DNA of 42,314 nucleotides from Chiloscyllium plagiosum (lineage: Eukaryota). Shown here piece after piece: positions 23,140-36,013 of this stretch. A program made the position numbers and the translations under genes. The notes beneath the pieces are model-generated. The model was not told the DNA's origin. It searched no databases and saw only the letters and a program-made list of their open reading frames with translations. Numbering within the stretch: the stretch's first letter is position 1; every line of letters begins with the position of its first letter. The stretch is taken from contig NC_057718.1 in the NCBI RefSeq assembly GCF_004010195.1, positions 57,646,660 through 57,688,973 of the forward strand, in the 5' to 3' direction.

Positions 23140-24050
23140 GTTTTTGAACCATAGGCGTTCAATATAGTACACATAACAGACTTGTGAGGAAAGTGATATG
23201 TCATGGAATAAAAAGGACAATGGCAATGTGGATGTAAAATTGGCTGAGACATGTTAAACGGAGAATAATTGTTAATTTTTTTTTTGGTTAGAGGAAGGTT
23301 TACAGTGGCGTTCCCCAAGAGGTTGATTTTGGGACCCTTTCGTTCCCTCATGTTTTGGATTTGGATCTTGGTGTGAAGGGAACAATTTCAGAGTTTGTGG
23401 ATGGTAGAAAACTTGGAAGAATCATAAAGTGCAAGGAAGACTTTGTAGATTTTTAAAAAGACATTGAAAAGTTGGTGGAGAGGGCAGTTAGGTGGCAGAT
23501 GAAGTTGAATGCATGGAAATGTGAGATATTGCGTCTTGGTACAGAGAAGATGGAGAGACAGTGTAAAAGAAAGGGTACCATTCTAACGGTTCTGCAGGAG
23601 CAGAGAGTCCTGGTCCATATATATACAAGTCATTTAAGGTGGCAGCAAAGGTAAAAAGAACTTTTAAAAAACATACAGAATCTACACCTCAATGAGTCAG
23701 GTATAGAGTGAAAGGGCAAAGAGGTTGGGCTGAATCTATTTGGGCACTCGTTAGGCCTCAGCTGGTGAATTTTGTACAGTTCTGGGCTTCATACTCTGGG
23801 AAGGATGTGAATGCATTGGAGAAGTGCAGAAGAGATTTATCAGGAGTGGCTGTAGGGATAAGAAATGTCAGAAATGAGGAAAGATCAGAGAATTTTCAGC
23901 ACTGTTTTCCTTCGAGGGGAGAAGGCTGATGGGAGATTTGATGGACGTTTTCAAAACCGTGAGTAGAAAGGGAGAAACTGCTTCCACTCGTAAAAGGGTT
24001 GAGAACAGAGGGCATAGTTTTAAAGTGTTTTGAAAATGGAGCAAATGGAA
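23140..24050 (+). mobile_element. Decayed CR1 RT region
   Basis: WQMKLNAWKCEIL and ALVRPQLVNFVQFWASYSGKDVNALEK motifs. Confidence 0.8.
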
Positions 24051-25149
24051 GATTATCCTCATAGTACTCAGATACACCATCGTGACACCAACAGCTTCTC
24101 CATCTCCAAAATGCAGAGTTCAAGATCCACCAACTGTTGGTACTTTCTGTACAGTTCGTTGTCCAGGATGTGCACTGCACTTGATTGAGGTGCTTTGCCG
24201 TACTTCCATTTATTAGACCATTGACTAATGTAACAGAAGTAAACCTTAATGAAGCTTCAACAGAAACCGTAGCTAATTAATCAACTCCTTCATTCTGCTG
24301 ACATCACTTGATGTGGTTTTTAAATCCCCCTCCCTAACATAATCTCTTACATAATTGTTCTAGGCTTGCATTTTTAAACTCTAGATTAAGTCATAGGTAA
24401 GTTAACTAAAATATTTTATCTAACTTTTATTATCCATATATCTGATTTTCATATAATGAAACATTTGAAATCCTCTAATGCTACAATCTGTGCTTAGCAA
24501 ATTTAATGGGTGGAAACATTTTTCTTCTCTCTGAGTAATTATTTATTTCTTTGCTGCTCATTTATTTAGCTCCACTTACCTTCAGGTGTATTGTTTGATC
24601 TGGAAAGTTGAAGAAAACAATGCAGGCCTAGATCGTTTTAGGGTTTTCTAATAATTCAAGTTGCATGGAGCAACATTTTCAAATAGCCTCAGTGATCGCA
24701 TTTTGCAGTAAATGAACTGCAACAACTGGCAAAGCACTTCATACTGAAAAGAACTTGATGGATGAGAGAAGGAAAAGTTGGCAACACTACAGGAAACTGG
24801 AAGGCGGGTGACCAGAGTGTTCGGTAAAGTTGCCAATATCAATGCCTAGATGACCAAAATGGTCTCCTGTTTGGCGCGAGTCTTTGAGTAGTTCCCAGTG
24901 AGTGAGCTAAAACAAATATTCAGCGGTGGTAGAGGCATAGCATGTATGACAATGGAATCTTTCTCTCATTTTAACAGTTTATGCTAAGGTAAGCACCAGA
25001 AGTTTGTAACTCTCACAGTTCCAGTGTAAAATTGACAAGAGCAGAAACACTTATTGATCTTTATTACAAATCTTTGTTAGGTGCTGCGATCGGTATTTTC
25101 TTTTTTGCATTTTAAAGATGCCTTGTAGGCAAGTCGGTGCTAACCATGC

Positions 25150-25560
25150 TTAGGGTCAGAGCAGTCTCGCCTCTGAGTTACATTAGTCTGGGTTCAAACT
25201 CCACTCCAAGACACAAGCCCAAAGGTTGAGGGCACTCCAGTGGAGTATTGAGGAAGTGTTGTGCTGTTGGAAGGGTCATGTTTTAAATTATCTGTCCTCA
25301 AAGGTGGTGTAGAGGATCCTATGCTGTTACTTCAAAGAAAAGCATCACAGTTATCTCCTGTCCAATGTATACCCCTCAATCAACACCAGACAAATGTATG
25401 ATCTGGTCATGATCTTGTTGCTTTTTCTGAGGGATTTATACAAACTGACAGCTGCAATTCCTAGTTTACGAGTAAATACAGTCAGAAATATGTTGTGGTT
25501 GTAAAGTGCTTTGACACCTGGTGGAAAGTGTGATGAAAATGCAAATCCTTTTTCTTCTTC
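25150..25560 (+). mobile_element. Deu-domain SINE (SacSINE1/AmnSINE1-like)
   Basis: tRNA-like head with GGTTCAAACTCC; central GGATCCTATG...CCCTCAATCAACACC...GATCTGGTCAT; tail TGTAAAGTGCTTTG...AAATGCAA. Confidence 0.7.
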
Positions 25561-26071
25561 CTACTCTCAGAAGGACAGTTTTGTTGTTTTGATAGCCCCA
25601 CCCCATATCCTAAAGGACTTTACTTGCCTGGGATTGTTTCTGTGACTCTGGAGGGATCTCCTACCAATTGGATTGAGCTCACGATAGCCGTATGGCTGAA
25701 ATGTTTCAACTAAAGGGAGGAAGAAGTTCCTTTAGTTATAGCTCCATAAATATTTTCCATTATAGTATAGACACCAGCATAACACCCCACTGCAGATGTT
25801 GCAGGCATGTGGAAACTACAGGAGAAAAGCATTCACATTGTTTCAAAGGAACCAACCAGACACCTTGATCTGAATTACTGGAGCCTGGGTGGCAACTTAG
25901 GATTTCTTCATGTCATTGTTGTAGAAACAAGCCAAACCTGGTCAAGAACAAAGTAGTCATCTGTTGTATGTAATAATGGAGCTTATATCACTTTGGAAAT
26001 AACCCATATTAATAGAGTAAATTGCCTTTGTCATTTTGACATGACTGTTTAAATGCTGTCTATTGGGTGAT

Positions 26072-26500
26072 GAAGGATTGCATTTATAGACCGTTTTTCA
26101 CATTATCAAGATGTCAAAGTGCTTCACAGCCAATTGGTTAGCTTTGAAAGGTAGTACACATATTAAATAGGCAAATGTAATAGCCACAATAGAATAAAGT
26201 ACCAGAAAAAAATGGCATCATCAACCAGCTCACTGGGTTTTTGTGATGATGGTCAAAAGGTAAAGGTGACCCAGATATCAGAAGAAATGTTCTGCTCCTT
26301 AAGCGATGGTAAGGGATCTAATATGTCTTCCTGAATAAATTTATAGGAGCTCAATTTTATCATCTCATCCAAGCAACAATATTTCCAACATGGAAGTACT
26401 ACTTTGGCACTTCAGAAAGTGTTCAATATATGTTATATGAAGGGATAGGACTAAGACCAGGGAGAAGCTCAGTGACAGAGATGCAACCATTGAAACAAGC
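26072..26500 (-). mobile_element. Decayed Deu-domain SINE
   Basis: Tail TTGCATTTATAG...CAAAGTGCTTCACAGCCAAT in reverse orientation relative to 25150-25560. Confidence 0.55.
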
Positions 26501-27429
26501 CAACACTTAACACCACAGAAATTCATTCATGTACTCCTTCAAAGAATATCTTTCTTAAACATATCTTTGAGTGACACCTTAATAGGTCTGTATAATTGCT
26601 ACTGGATAAAGTTGAATGTGTGTTGTCCTCCCAGATGTGTAATGTTATTTGTAAATCTTGTTTGGATTCATTTTTATCTACTGATTTTCTGCCTACTCAA
26701 GCATTGTCTTGATATCATCTTGCAGTCAACAGCCATCCTCTTCACTAACAACTACCCAGCCAATCTTTGTGCCATCTGCAAATTATCAAATCATTTCTTC
26801 TATGTTTAAATCTAAATCATTAATATATACCATAAATGGCAAGGGACCCATCCTTGAGCCCTGTGGAACTTAAACTAATTTCCAGTTACAAAAACGTTAA
26901 TTTATCATTACCCTTTGCTTCCTGTCGCTTGATTCAATTTTGAATCAAATTTGTCACATTCCTAATATCGCAAGAGCTTTAGTTTTTTATGACCAGTTTG
27001 CCATGTGAGACCTTGTCAAGTGTCTTACTAAAATCCATGTTGACAACATTCAAATCATTACCGTCAACAATCCTCCTAGTTACATTCTCAAAAACTTCAA
27101 ATAGGTTAGTGAGATATGACCTCCTCTTATCAAAACTATGCCAACTATTCCTGATTGGAATGATTGTAACCAGGTGGATCTTGGTGACTATGAGATCCTT
27201 GATTGGGGCTGTTAACATGGGCCAATCAGAAAGTCCTCCCCGACCAATATAAAAGGGGACTCTGATGGTAGAGTAGAGAAGAAAAAAAAAAGATAGGAGT
27301 GTCAGAGGTTCTGTGCACTCTGAGAGCTGGCTCTGAGGGAGCTGGATCAGTGTGAGTGAAAGACTCTTCACTTTTCTGTATAGGAGAGAGGAGAGGAGAG
27401 GAACTTCTGAACAGAAAAAAGAAAATAAA

Positions 27430-27915
27430 CAGTGGATATCACTGGGCAGTTAATCCAGAGATTCAGATGTTCTGGGGACCTGTTCAATCCTGCCGTGGCA
27501 AATAGTGAAATTTGAATTCAATAAATATCTGGAATTAAGAATCTACTGACAACTATGTGCCGATTAATGGAAAAACCCATCTGGTTCACTAATGTCCTTT
27601 AGGGAAGAAAACTCACATCCTTATCTGGTCTGAGACAAAAAAAAAGCAGATGCTGGAATCCAAGGTAGACAAGCAGGAGACAGGAGAACACAGCAAGTCA
27701 GCCAATATCAGGAATGTTGACTTCTTCACCTCCTGATGCTGCCTGCCTTGCTGTGTTCTTCCAGCCTCCTGCATGTCATCCTTACCTGGTATGGCCTACA
27801 TGTGACTCCAGACCCACAACAATGTGGTTGACTCAACTGCCCTTTGGGCAATTAGCTTTGGGCAATAACTACTGTCTAGCCAGTGATGTCCTCATCCTGT
27901 GAATGAATAAAGAAA
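27430..27915 (+). mobile_element. tRNA-derived SINE nested in the LTR-like element
   Basis: B-box-like TGTTCAATCC; body CATCTGGTTCACTAATGTCCTTTAGGGAAG; 3' tail shared with LINE fragments at 4540-4617 and 29500-29585. Confidence 0.75.
27633..27776. mobile_element. Second Penelope-derived fold-back insertion
   Basis: Inverted arms 27669-27713 / 27731-27776; flanking repeat CATCCTTATCTGGTCTG / CATCCTTACCTGGTATG. Confidence 0.7.
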
Positions 27916-29439
27916 AAGCAATATAACCAGGGGATTTAGACTCTCTTCAGTTCAGGGGACTGACTCAGAGCTGGCTGGTCACACCCAGTATATTGTGCAC
28001 AGGTAAATAATGGTGATGGGATACTGGCTTCAGTGCAGTTATTTCACTGATAAATGCCTTTCTAAGTAACAGTTTCTTAGTATTGATTGTAGTAATTCGA
28101 TGACCACTGAGGTCAACTGACTGGCCTACAATTATTTGATCTATAGCACATTGTTGAATAATGGTACACCATTTGTAGAACTCCGGTCCTCTGGTACCTT
28201 GCCTGACTCTAGTTGGGATTGGAAAATCATCCTCAGTCCATCTGCTATATCCTATCTGGCATCCTTTATTGGCTTAGGAATACACAATCAAAGAAGTCAG
28301 TCCCTCCAGTTCTTTGTGCCTGCACTTATTTAGCCACCTGTAAATTTCATCTAAAAGTGAGGGACTTCAAGTGCATTTAAACACACTGCTTTTGATGCGT
28401 GAAAAGTTTAGCTAGGCTGGCTGCCTACCTGTTTGCAGTCATCACTGCTGGTATGCTTTGATCTGACAGTAAGGAAAGGAGAACTTCCCATCACACTGAT
28501 TATGTGAATTTTGTATGCCATTTGCTTTATACTCAATGGGGAAGGCAAAAAATTAGGCTAATATGAAGACTGTAATCCATATTGGGGTGTTCATAACAAT
28601 AGATCTGTTAAGTTTAAATAAAATAATGTCCGAAGGAGTAGACAGAGATAGGCACTACATCTCCCTCCATCTCAGTCATAGAATAACAGCCCAAATCTTA
28701 TGATTTGTTCATTATTATAATTTTGGCACTCAATACATGCATTTTCTCTTGCTCTGTGAAAAGGATTACTTCTTTATGCAAATCCTTGTCCCAGAGAACT
28801 GAATCATGATTTTCACAAAATACTTGCTGCTGTGAATAAGCAACTCTTTTTACGTTGATCTTGGAACTCCCTAGCAACTGGACTAAAAGTTGCTGGACAT
28901 CGTCAACTTTGTCAAATGAAGTGTAATAGGAAATTGCATTGATCAGAACCAGCAAGCACAGCAGATTTCACACTATTAGAAAATTATGCTTGCTGATGCT
29001 ATTCAGAAACGATACTATTTGGAATTACGGTGTACTTTCCACTGTTTTACATCTGTGTCATAAAAATTATGCATCAGTTGGCTAATCCTTCACTTCACCA
29101 AGTCACCCAGCCTGACAACTGACATGAACTGAATAAAAAATAAACCATTCAGGAAGATGTATATGCCAAGTGTATGATCCCAGCTGATTTTGACTCTGGA
29201 TTTGTCACTTCCTAGAGTAAAACCTGGCTTGATAGACCCTAACTTTGTTCTTTATCCACTATGGAGGTCAATGTTTGAACACATTCACAAGAATTTGCAA
29301 ATATATGCAGAAAAATTCACCCAATCAGGAAAGGTTCTGATTTACCTGGATGGAAGAGGGAAACAGGGAATATCCTATTGAGTACTAACAGTTCTGGATT
29401 CTTTTGTCTCAACTTGACTATGTATGCTTGATGGTAATT

Positions 29440-29585
29440 CCCTCCATAAGGGTGAATGTATACAATGTGGACTGCAGTAGTTCAAGAAGGCAGCTCACCA
29501 CCACCTTCTCAAGAGCAACTAAGGACGGGCAATAAATTCTGTTCCAGCCAGTGTAGCCCATGTCCCACAAGTGAATAAAAAATAA
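29440..29585 (+). mobile_element. LINE 3' tail fragment
   Basis: GTTCAAGAAGGCAGCTCACCACCACCTTCTCAAG...GGGCAATAAAT, shared with other copies in the window. Confidence 0.75.
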
Positions 29586-29869
29586 AAATCAGCAGCAACC
29601 AAGTTGAGACACAGTTGCACTTCTATTTTTACCCCATAGAGTGTTCGGAAGCTTCTTTATGATCTCCCTTGCCTTGGCATCTCGAGAAGTGACATATCAT
29701 CAAGGTTTCACATTGACAGCAGCAGAATTGCTTGCCTAGCCCTCTGACCATTACTTCCTCACTCAGTGCACTTTGCTGTAACCTCTGGTGCATTTCCTTG
29801 CCACCCTTGAGACTGCATTCCTTTGAGACATTGCCACAATTAACATATTCAAAGCTGATTGTTGGTTTG

Positions 29870-30130
29870 AGAGTCCTACACTCTGAGAGGATTCCTGCAC
29901 TGTTTACCTTTTTCTAGCCTTTCCACTGGCTGCCCACTTATTATTCTCAACTGATCTGCCTGCGGGATGACCACCACCAGGAAACTTGATCCAGTCAGGA
30001 GATATTCAGTCACCTGTATTACCTGCAGTGACTTCAGTTGCCAATCAAGCCGAGGTGCCTTCAGCATGAATTTGAGCAGTTGGAAGCACTTCCTGCACAT
30101 TTCTGGGACACTTGAAGCCTCTTGAAGTAC
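29870..30130 (-). mobile_element. CR1 ORF1 remnant
   Basis: CRKCFQLL...QLKSLQVIQ...FLVVVIPQ resembles the CR1 ORF1 zinc finger/leucine zipper region. Confidence 0.55.
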
Positions 30131-30169
30131 CTATTTGAAGCTGCATATTTTTTCTTTATTATTCAGTTG

Positions 30170-30880
30170 CAAATTGTGGACAACATTTATTGATTGTCAC
30201 TAACTACCCTTGAGAAGCTGGGGTTGAGATACATCCTTGAACTGTTGCAGTCTACCAGCTGTAGGTGTACCCACAGTGCTGTTAGGATGTGAGTTACAGG
30301 AATTTGACCCAGTGATGATGAAGGAATAGTGAGTTATTGTCAAGTCCAGATGTGCATGACTGGGAGGGGGACTTGCAGTGGTGATGTTCCCATGTACCTA
30401 CTATACTGTCTTTCTCAATGACAGAGATCACGGGTTTGGAAGGTGCTGTTGAAGGAGTCGTGGTGAGTTACTGCAGTGCATCTTGTAGATGGTTTACACT
30501 GCTGACACTGTGTATGAGTGGTAAAGGCAGTGAATGTTGAAAATGATAGATTGAGTGTCAATCAAGTAGGCAGCATTGTCCAAGATAGTATTGTGCTTCT
30601 TGAGTGCTGTTGGAGCTGCACTCATCCAGGCAAGTGGAAAATATTCCATCACACTCCTGACTCATGCCTTGTAAGTAGTGGTCAGTCATTGGAGAGTTGG
30701 GAAATGAGTTCCCACAGAATTCCCAGGCTCTGACCTATACTTGGATATAAATGGTTAGTCTAGTTGAGCTTCTGGTCAATGGTAACCTGAGGATGTTGAT
30801 AGTCTTTGGTAAAATCATTGAATGTCAAGGGGCAATAATTAGATCCTCTCTTGTTAGAGATTGTCATTGCTTGGCAAATT
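30170..30880 (-). mobile_element. Decayed LINE 3' fragment
   Basis: Starts with the reverse-complemented tail (CATTTATTG...CCCTTGAGAAG); homologous to 3335-3835 and 3985-4617. Confidence 0.75.
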
Positions 30881-32559
30881 GCTGTCTATGGGACACAGAT
30901 GTTCCTCCATTATAGTTACAAATTTTAAAAAAATCTGAGATATATGCTAATTATTTATGTAATAGCTGTTAGCAAGGTCTAAAGTAAATTGTTACTTTTC
31001 TAGTCCCTCCTTAAAGAAAACTATCAAAGATTAATTGTTTACTTAAATTTGGTAGGAACTGTAGAGACATTAAATGCAAAGAAACTAAATATCGGCTAGT
31101 TGCATACTTTATATAATTATCGCAAAATCCTCAGGTATTGCGGTTTCACTACTTTTCAGTTAAGTTGAAGGGACCCCTGACTACCATCACCTATTTCTCA
31201 CTTACCATACTATTTATCATCCATTCCAATTGCAAATTACCCAGCTCCATCTCCAGGCTTTCTGCCCAAATCCAGATTTTACAATTGTCAAGTTGATCGA
31301 TATACAAAATAAATAAAAGTATTCACAAGCCATAATGCAAGTGATACATATATTTCAGTCTAGAACATCTGCTAATTTCATTTAGGTCAAGTGCTACGTT
31401 CTGTTTTGGAATGCAGCAATTGCTGGCAATAATTAACTTGATAATGTTACTGAAGAAACCACTCGTGGTCATCAAGCAATTATTCCCAATTGCATTTTGT
31501 GGAAAGCAAAATGGAAGTAAAACACATTAGCACACATCGATAAATTATTCTGTCTTACAGTAGTTTGGAAGCCAGAGACATTTTTACAGATAGCAGTGAA
31601 GTAATTTTGCATTTTGCTTGACATCCACAGCTGCCATTATAATGCATTAACTTTACTTTTCATTGTACACAATGCTGACCCTGAAAATACATGATGAAGA
31701 GATGTAGAATAGCATTTATATCCCAAAAGCTATGACTGGAATCGCAAATAAGCTTTAATTCACAGAGATGTAATATACATTGTATTCCATTACTTCACTT
31801 GCATATTCTCTTTATATCTCAAATTAAGTATGAATTTGTACAGTTCAGTGCTTCATAATATTGATATCAGGACTCAAGGTGCCTGACTAAAACTTATTCC
31901 CTTTTATGTACTCCAAAGGAACAGGCAAATGAAGGTGAAATACAGATCAGCCAAGAACTAATTGAATGGTGGAAAAGACTGGAGGCTCTCAATGACTGAG
32001 TTCTCTCTCTTTTGCCAAGGGATTTGCAACTGCCGTGCATTGCACACTGTGCCTTCACCTTTCCTTCTTAGGTTTGGTTGCGATCCAGACTAAGTAGGAT
32101 GGTAGTCTCCTACACACTACCACAGAACTGTAACCATGCACCCACTCAGAATGTTTCATGCAGGTTTCCTAAATAATCACCTATGCTTGACCATTTAAAA
32201 AAAAATTAAAGGGTCTGAACCCTTTAAATTCTTACATGTATAGATCATGCAGGACAAAAGATATTAGCAGGAATGTTGGTCTGTGCTATTCAAAAGTAGT
32301 GGCTATAAATACAAAATAAACATTAATGGTCTGTTCATTGCATTATTAAGGTTAAGAATACACAGATGAAGGACATTGATTGATTAAGTGCCTTGAGCAC
32401 ATATGAAGAGAGATTTTCGAGATCCTGATTGTTGGTTAGAGAAAAGGCAGAAAGTTGTAATGTTGGATTCTGTCAAGAAATCTAGAAATAAGTAAAGAAA
32501 TTGACATCTGGATTCTTACTTCACCATTTGTATTCAGAATGAATTAACTCAACTACTAG

Positions 32560-32790
32560 TAGATTCAATTGGAAACTCAGGATAAACTTCTTTATCCAGT
32601 GTGGTTAGAATGTGGAACTTGCTGCCACAAGGAGTAGTTAAGGTGGATAGCATAGAAGTATTTAAATAAATACATAAATAGAAGATTATATTGACAGGGT
32701 TTATGAAAAATGTTGAAAGGAGGCTCGTGGAGAGTAAAAGATAGAATAGATTTGTTGGGCTAAATTGCATATTTATGTGCTGTACATTCT
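32560..32790 (+). mobile_element. CR1 3' end
   Basis: TTCTTTATCCAGTGTGGTTAGAATGTGGAAC (FFxQxVVRMWN-type motif) and tail TTGTTGGGCTAAAT. Confidence 0.7.
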
Positions 32791-33608
32791 ATATTTTTTA
32801 AAAAAAACCAAAAGTTAGATGTAAATTTTAACTCTAAGGTCAAAAATTCCTCAGAGTTGTATCCACTCTGATTTATGATTTAACCAGGCTTTCTGCTTCA
32901 CTTCTCACAGGAGCAGTGGGAACAGTTCTGAGGAATTTATCAACGTAGCAATGAACTAAATAGACACATGGCGGCCATTCCTTCAGCAAAAATACATTTG
33001 ACTTCAAAGGAACCAAAGTTAAAAGTTAAGTTATGATATTTGTGAGAAAAATGTCATTTCTGAAGGCAGTCATCCGAAATTAACAAACTTTCATCTCTCA
33101 ATATTCGACAGAACTTTGAAATTAGATTTAAAGAACAATCCTTCTAATGCAGCATAGACATAGTGAGGTGACTTCTTGAATATATATGTCAAGAAATGGA
33201 GGTGCAAACAGACCATGCAATGATATGTGTCTATCCAAGATTTAAGTAACTTAGCTCAACCACTGAATTTCATGACCAAATTGTAGAACTGTAAATAGTA
33301 TTTACAAGTGAACCAGGTGTGAGTTCCGGATGGTCTGGGTGTGCAAACATATTCTTTGGAATATTCCTTCCGAAAAACAGTTTCATTAAAGTGAAATTCA
33401 GTTGCCTATTGATGAAGCTAATAATCCAGAATCTTCTCCATCAAAACATCATGATATTTAATGGATTATTTAAGAATCCAAGATGTGGGATTGTGAAAGA
33501 TGTAGAATCAAAAACAGAAGGGTTTTTTTGGCAATTGTTGTTGTGAGTGCAATCTTTCTACTGTAAGAAACGTTGTTATGGACATGGCAGTGATCTGCAA
33601 GGTATTAA

Positions 33609-33947
33609 GGGTGCCACGGTGGCTCAGTGGTTAGCGCTGCTGCCTCACAGCGCCAGGGATCTAGGTTCGATTCCAACCTCGGGCAAGTGTCTGTGTGGAG
33701 TCTGTACATTCTCCCCGTGTCTGTGTGGGTTCCTCAAGGTGCCTGGGTTTCCTCCCACAATCCAAAGGTATGTAGGTTAGGTGAATTGGCCTTGCTAAAT
33801 TGCCCATAGTGTTCAGGGATGTGTAGGCTAGGTGCAATAGTCAGGGGTAAATATAAGATAGGGGAATGGGTCTGGGTGGGTTACTCTTTGGAGAGTTGGT
33901 ATGGACTTGTTGGGCTGAAGGGCCTGTTTCCACACTGTAGAGAATCT
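33609..33947 (+). mobile_element. Full-length HE1-type V-SINE
   Basis: A box TGGCTCAGTGG (33620-33630), B box GGTTCGATTCC (33664-33674), V-domain CATTCTCCCCGTGTCTGTGTGGGTT, tail TTGGGCTGAAGGGCCTGTTTCC shared with the HER1-type LINE 3' end. Confidence 0.92.
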
Positions 33948-35681
33948 AGTCTCATACACACAAGAATGTAAATTGAAGGATTGGTTGAGTGATTGCAGTT
34001 CATAAATTGAGGCATCATTATTTGTGTGTATTGATTGAACTGGAATGAAGCAGAGTACTGATGTTTGCAAGTTATCGGTGGTGCAATAAACTGTTAAAAG
34101 ACTACCAAGGAATATTGAGTTGTGAGCCTTGACCATTTTCTCCAGCTGGTTTGGATAAGACTTTAAAATTAAGAGTCCAAGATGGTACCCACTTGCAATC
34201 TTAGTTTCAATCAACACTGCAATGTAATTCTTTTCATATAAAATTATCAGTTTTCATTGTGAAATACTTTCCATGGATTAGGAAAATGTTTTGTCATATT
34301 GTTTCCTTCAATCCCAATTTATTTTGTTTAAAAATATAATTGCATGGATTCTTTTGAATGCAACCTTGAACATAGAATTTTTGCCAAGAGACTTTTTCAT
34401 TGTGAGAGTAAGGGCACAGCTTTTAGAATGGAATCCCCTTAATTGCTGAAATTTAGTCCAATCGGGGAGGAAGATATTGAATAAAGTTTGTGGAAAATTA
34501 GAGTTTCCCAGGATTAAATAGCTCACTGAGCAAGTCATTGCTCAGGCTGACACACATAACAGATGGTGATGCCTGTTAAACTGGCTACTGTGAGCAGAGT
34601 AAGGGCAAAGAGAAAATCAGAGGGAAAGACTGGAGGAGTAAAATTATTCATAAAATTGACATGATTTCCCTGATGACTTAATTTCAGTGTTGCAGCCTGA
34701 CTGACTTTAAGTGACTTCTCATGAAATATATAATAAAAGTTGGGTATCAGTGCATTGCTAGTGATCACATGGGCAAGTGATAATGGTTGCAGGTCTTTGT
34801 AAAGTAGGTACCTGTCCATTGAGGACCTCATACAAGTTCTCCTGCCTTCTCCTTGGTGGTGGTAAAAATGGTTAGTTGGACTCATCGTTTATATCAGCTG
34901 TCTGACTTGCCTTTGCTCCATGCTCTACCAATATTCCTTCTTCTCCATGATAATTGTGTGCAAGGGGTATTACATGCATAAGAAGTGTTATTAAGATGCA
35001 CTCGCTGTTGGTGAAGAGTGTGGAGTGACGGGTAACATTCCTCTGTAAACCCACACTTATAAAAACAGCACAAAACAAATCCAGGACTGTGTTGTCAGAA
35101 TATCAACAACAAAAACCTACTCATGTCTTCAAACACTGAAGTTCTCTACGATCTTCAGGCTTTCAAATCTGTCTGCCTCAGCTGATCTTGGTAACAAGAA
35201 TATTTTATAATTCTGAGTTGAACATAGCTCCAGTGCTGTGTGAATAATAATGCAGGAAACACTAGTCCCGATGGCACTGCCTCTCACCTTTTAATTTATT
35301 TAAAATAGCTTGCTTGGGATTCAGGAGTAGCTCTGGGAAGAGGCCAAAAAGCACAAAGTACAGAAGACTTTTTTTCTGATATTTTCTAACAGTTTGCAAG
35401 CATTCACGTAAGTACATTTATAATTCTATGGGATCACCACTCTGCAGCAGAAGCTGCGAATCTACTACTTTTCTGAAGTATTCCCTGAATTATACATGTT
35501 TCAAGGTAGGTGGTTAGGAAATTTCCAATGGAGTCTTTCAGCCCTGGGGTGATGCCCAACCTCAGGGAAGCAGTTGTTATTTAGGGAGCAGCTTCCAGCA
35601 GCCTTTCTTTTCCAATATCAGGAGACACTGGTCTATATCTGACATTAGTTTTTAGAGTGGGCCATATGGACATTTTCCCAA

Positions 35682-36005
35682 AACATAAGAGTGTGGGAAA
35701 TAGGAACAGCAGTGGGCTATTTGACCCCTCAAGCCTTTTTTGTCACTTAATCGGATAATGACTGATCCAACATTCTTCACATCTACTTTCCTGCCTCTTC
35801 CCCGAAACCCTTGATTCCCCTACTGATCAAGAATCTATCGATCACAGCTTTAAATATAAACAAGAACTCTGCCCCCACAGTTCTCCGTGGCAAGGAGTTC
35901 CAAAGACTCACAACTCTCCAGAGAAGAAATTCCTCCTCATCTCAGTCTTAAATTGATACCCTGTTATTCTGAGACCATACTACCTGCTCCTTGTCTGTCC
36001 CGTGT
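35682..36005 (-). mobile_element. CR1 3' tail fragment
   Basis: Similar to 1482-1760 (CCCTTGATTCC, TTCCTCCTCATCTCAGTC). Confidence 0.8.
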
Positions 36006-36013
36006 GGGGGAGC

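Larger units (their letters stand above)
27156..28046 (+). mobile_element. Solo-LTR-like element
   Basis: TG...CA ends with imperfect terminal IR (TGGAATGATTG / CAGTTATTTCA); exact 5-bp TSD CTGAT (27151-27155, 28047-28051); CCAAT boxes and TATAAAA at ~27220-27255. Confidence 0.75.
26560..28290 (-). mobile_element. Decayed CR1 RT fragment split by an LTR-like insertion
   Basis: RSYLTNLFEVFENVT...MDFSKTLDKVSH up to 27155; CR1-like sequence resumes at 28052. Confidence 0.75.

Noticed and set aside
33609..33680. tRNA gene
   Set aside because: A and B boxes are present, but they are followed by the V-SINE body and LINE-derived tail and there is no cloverleaf.
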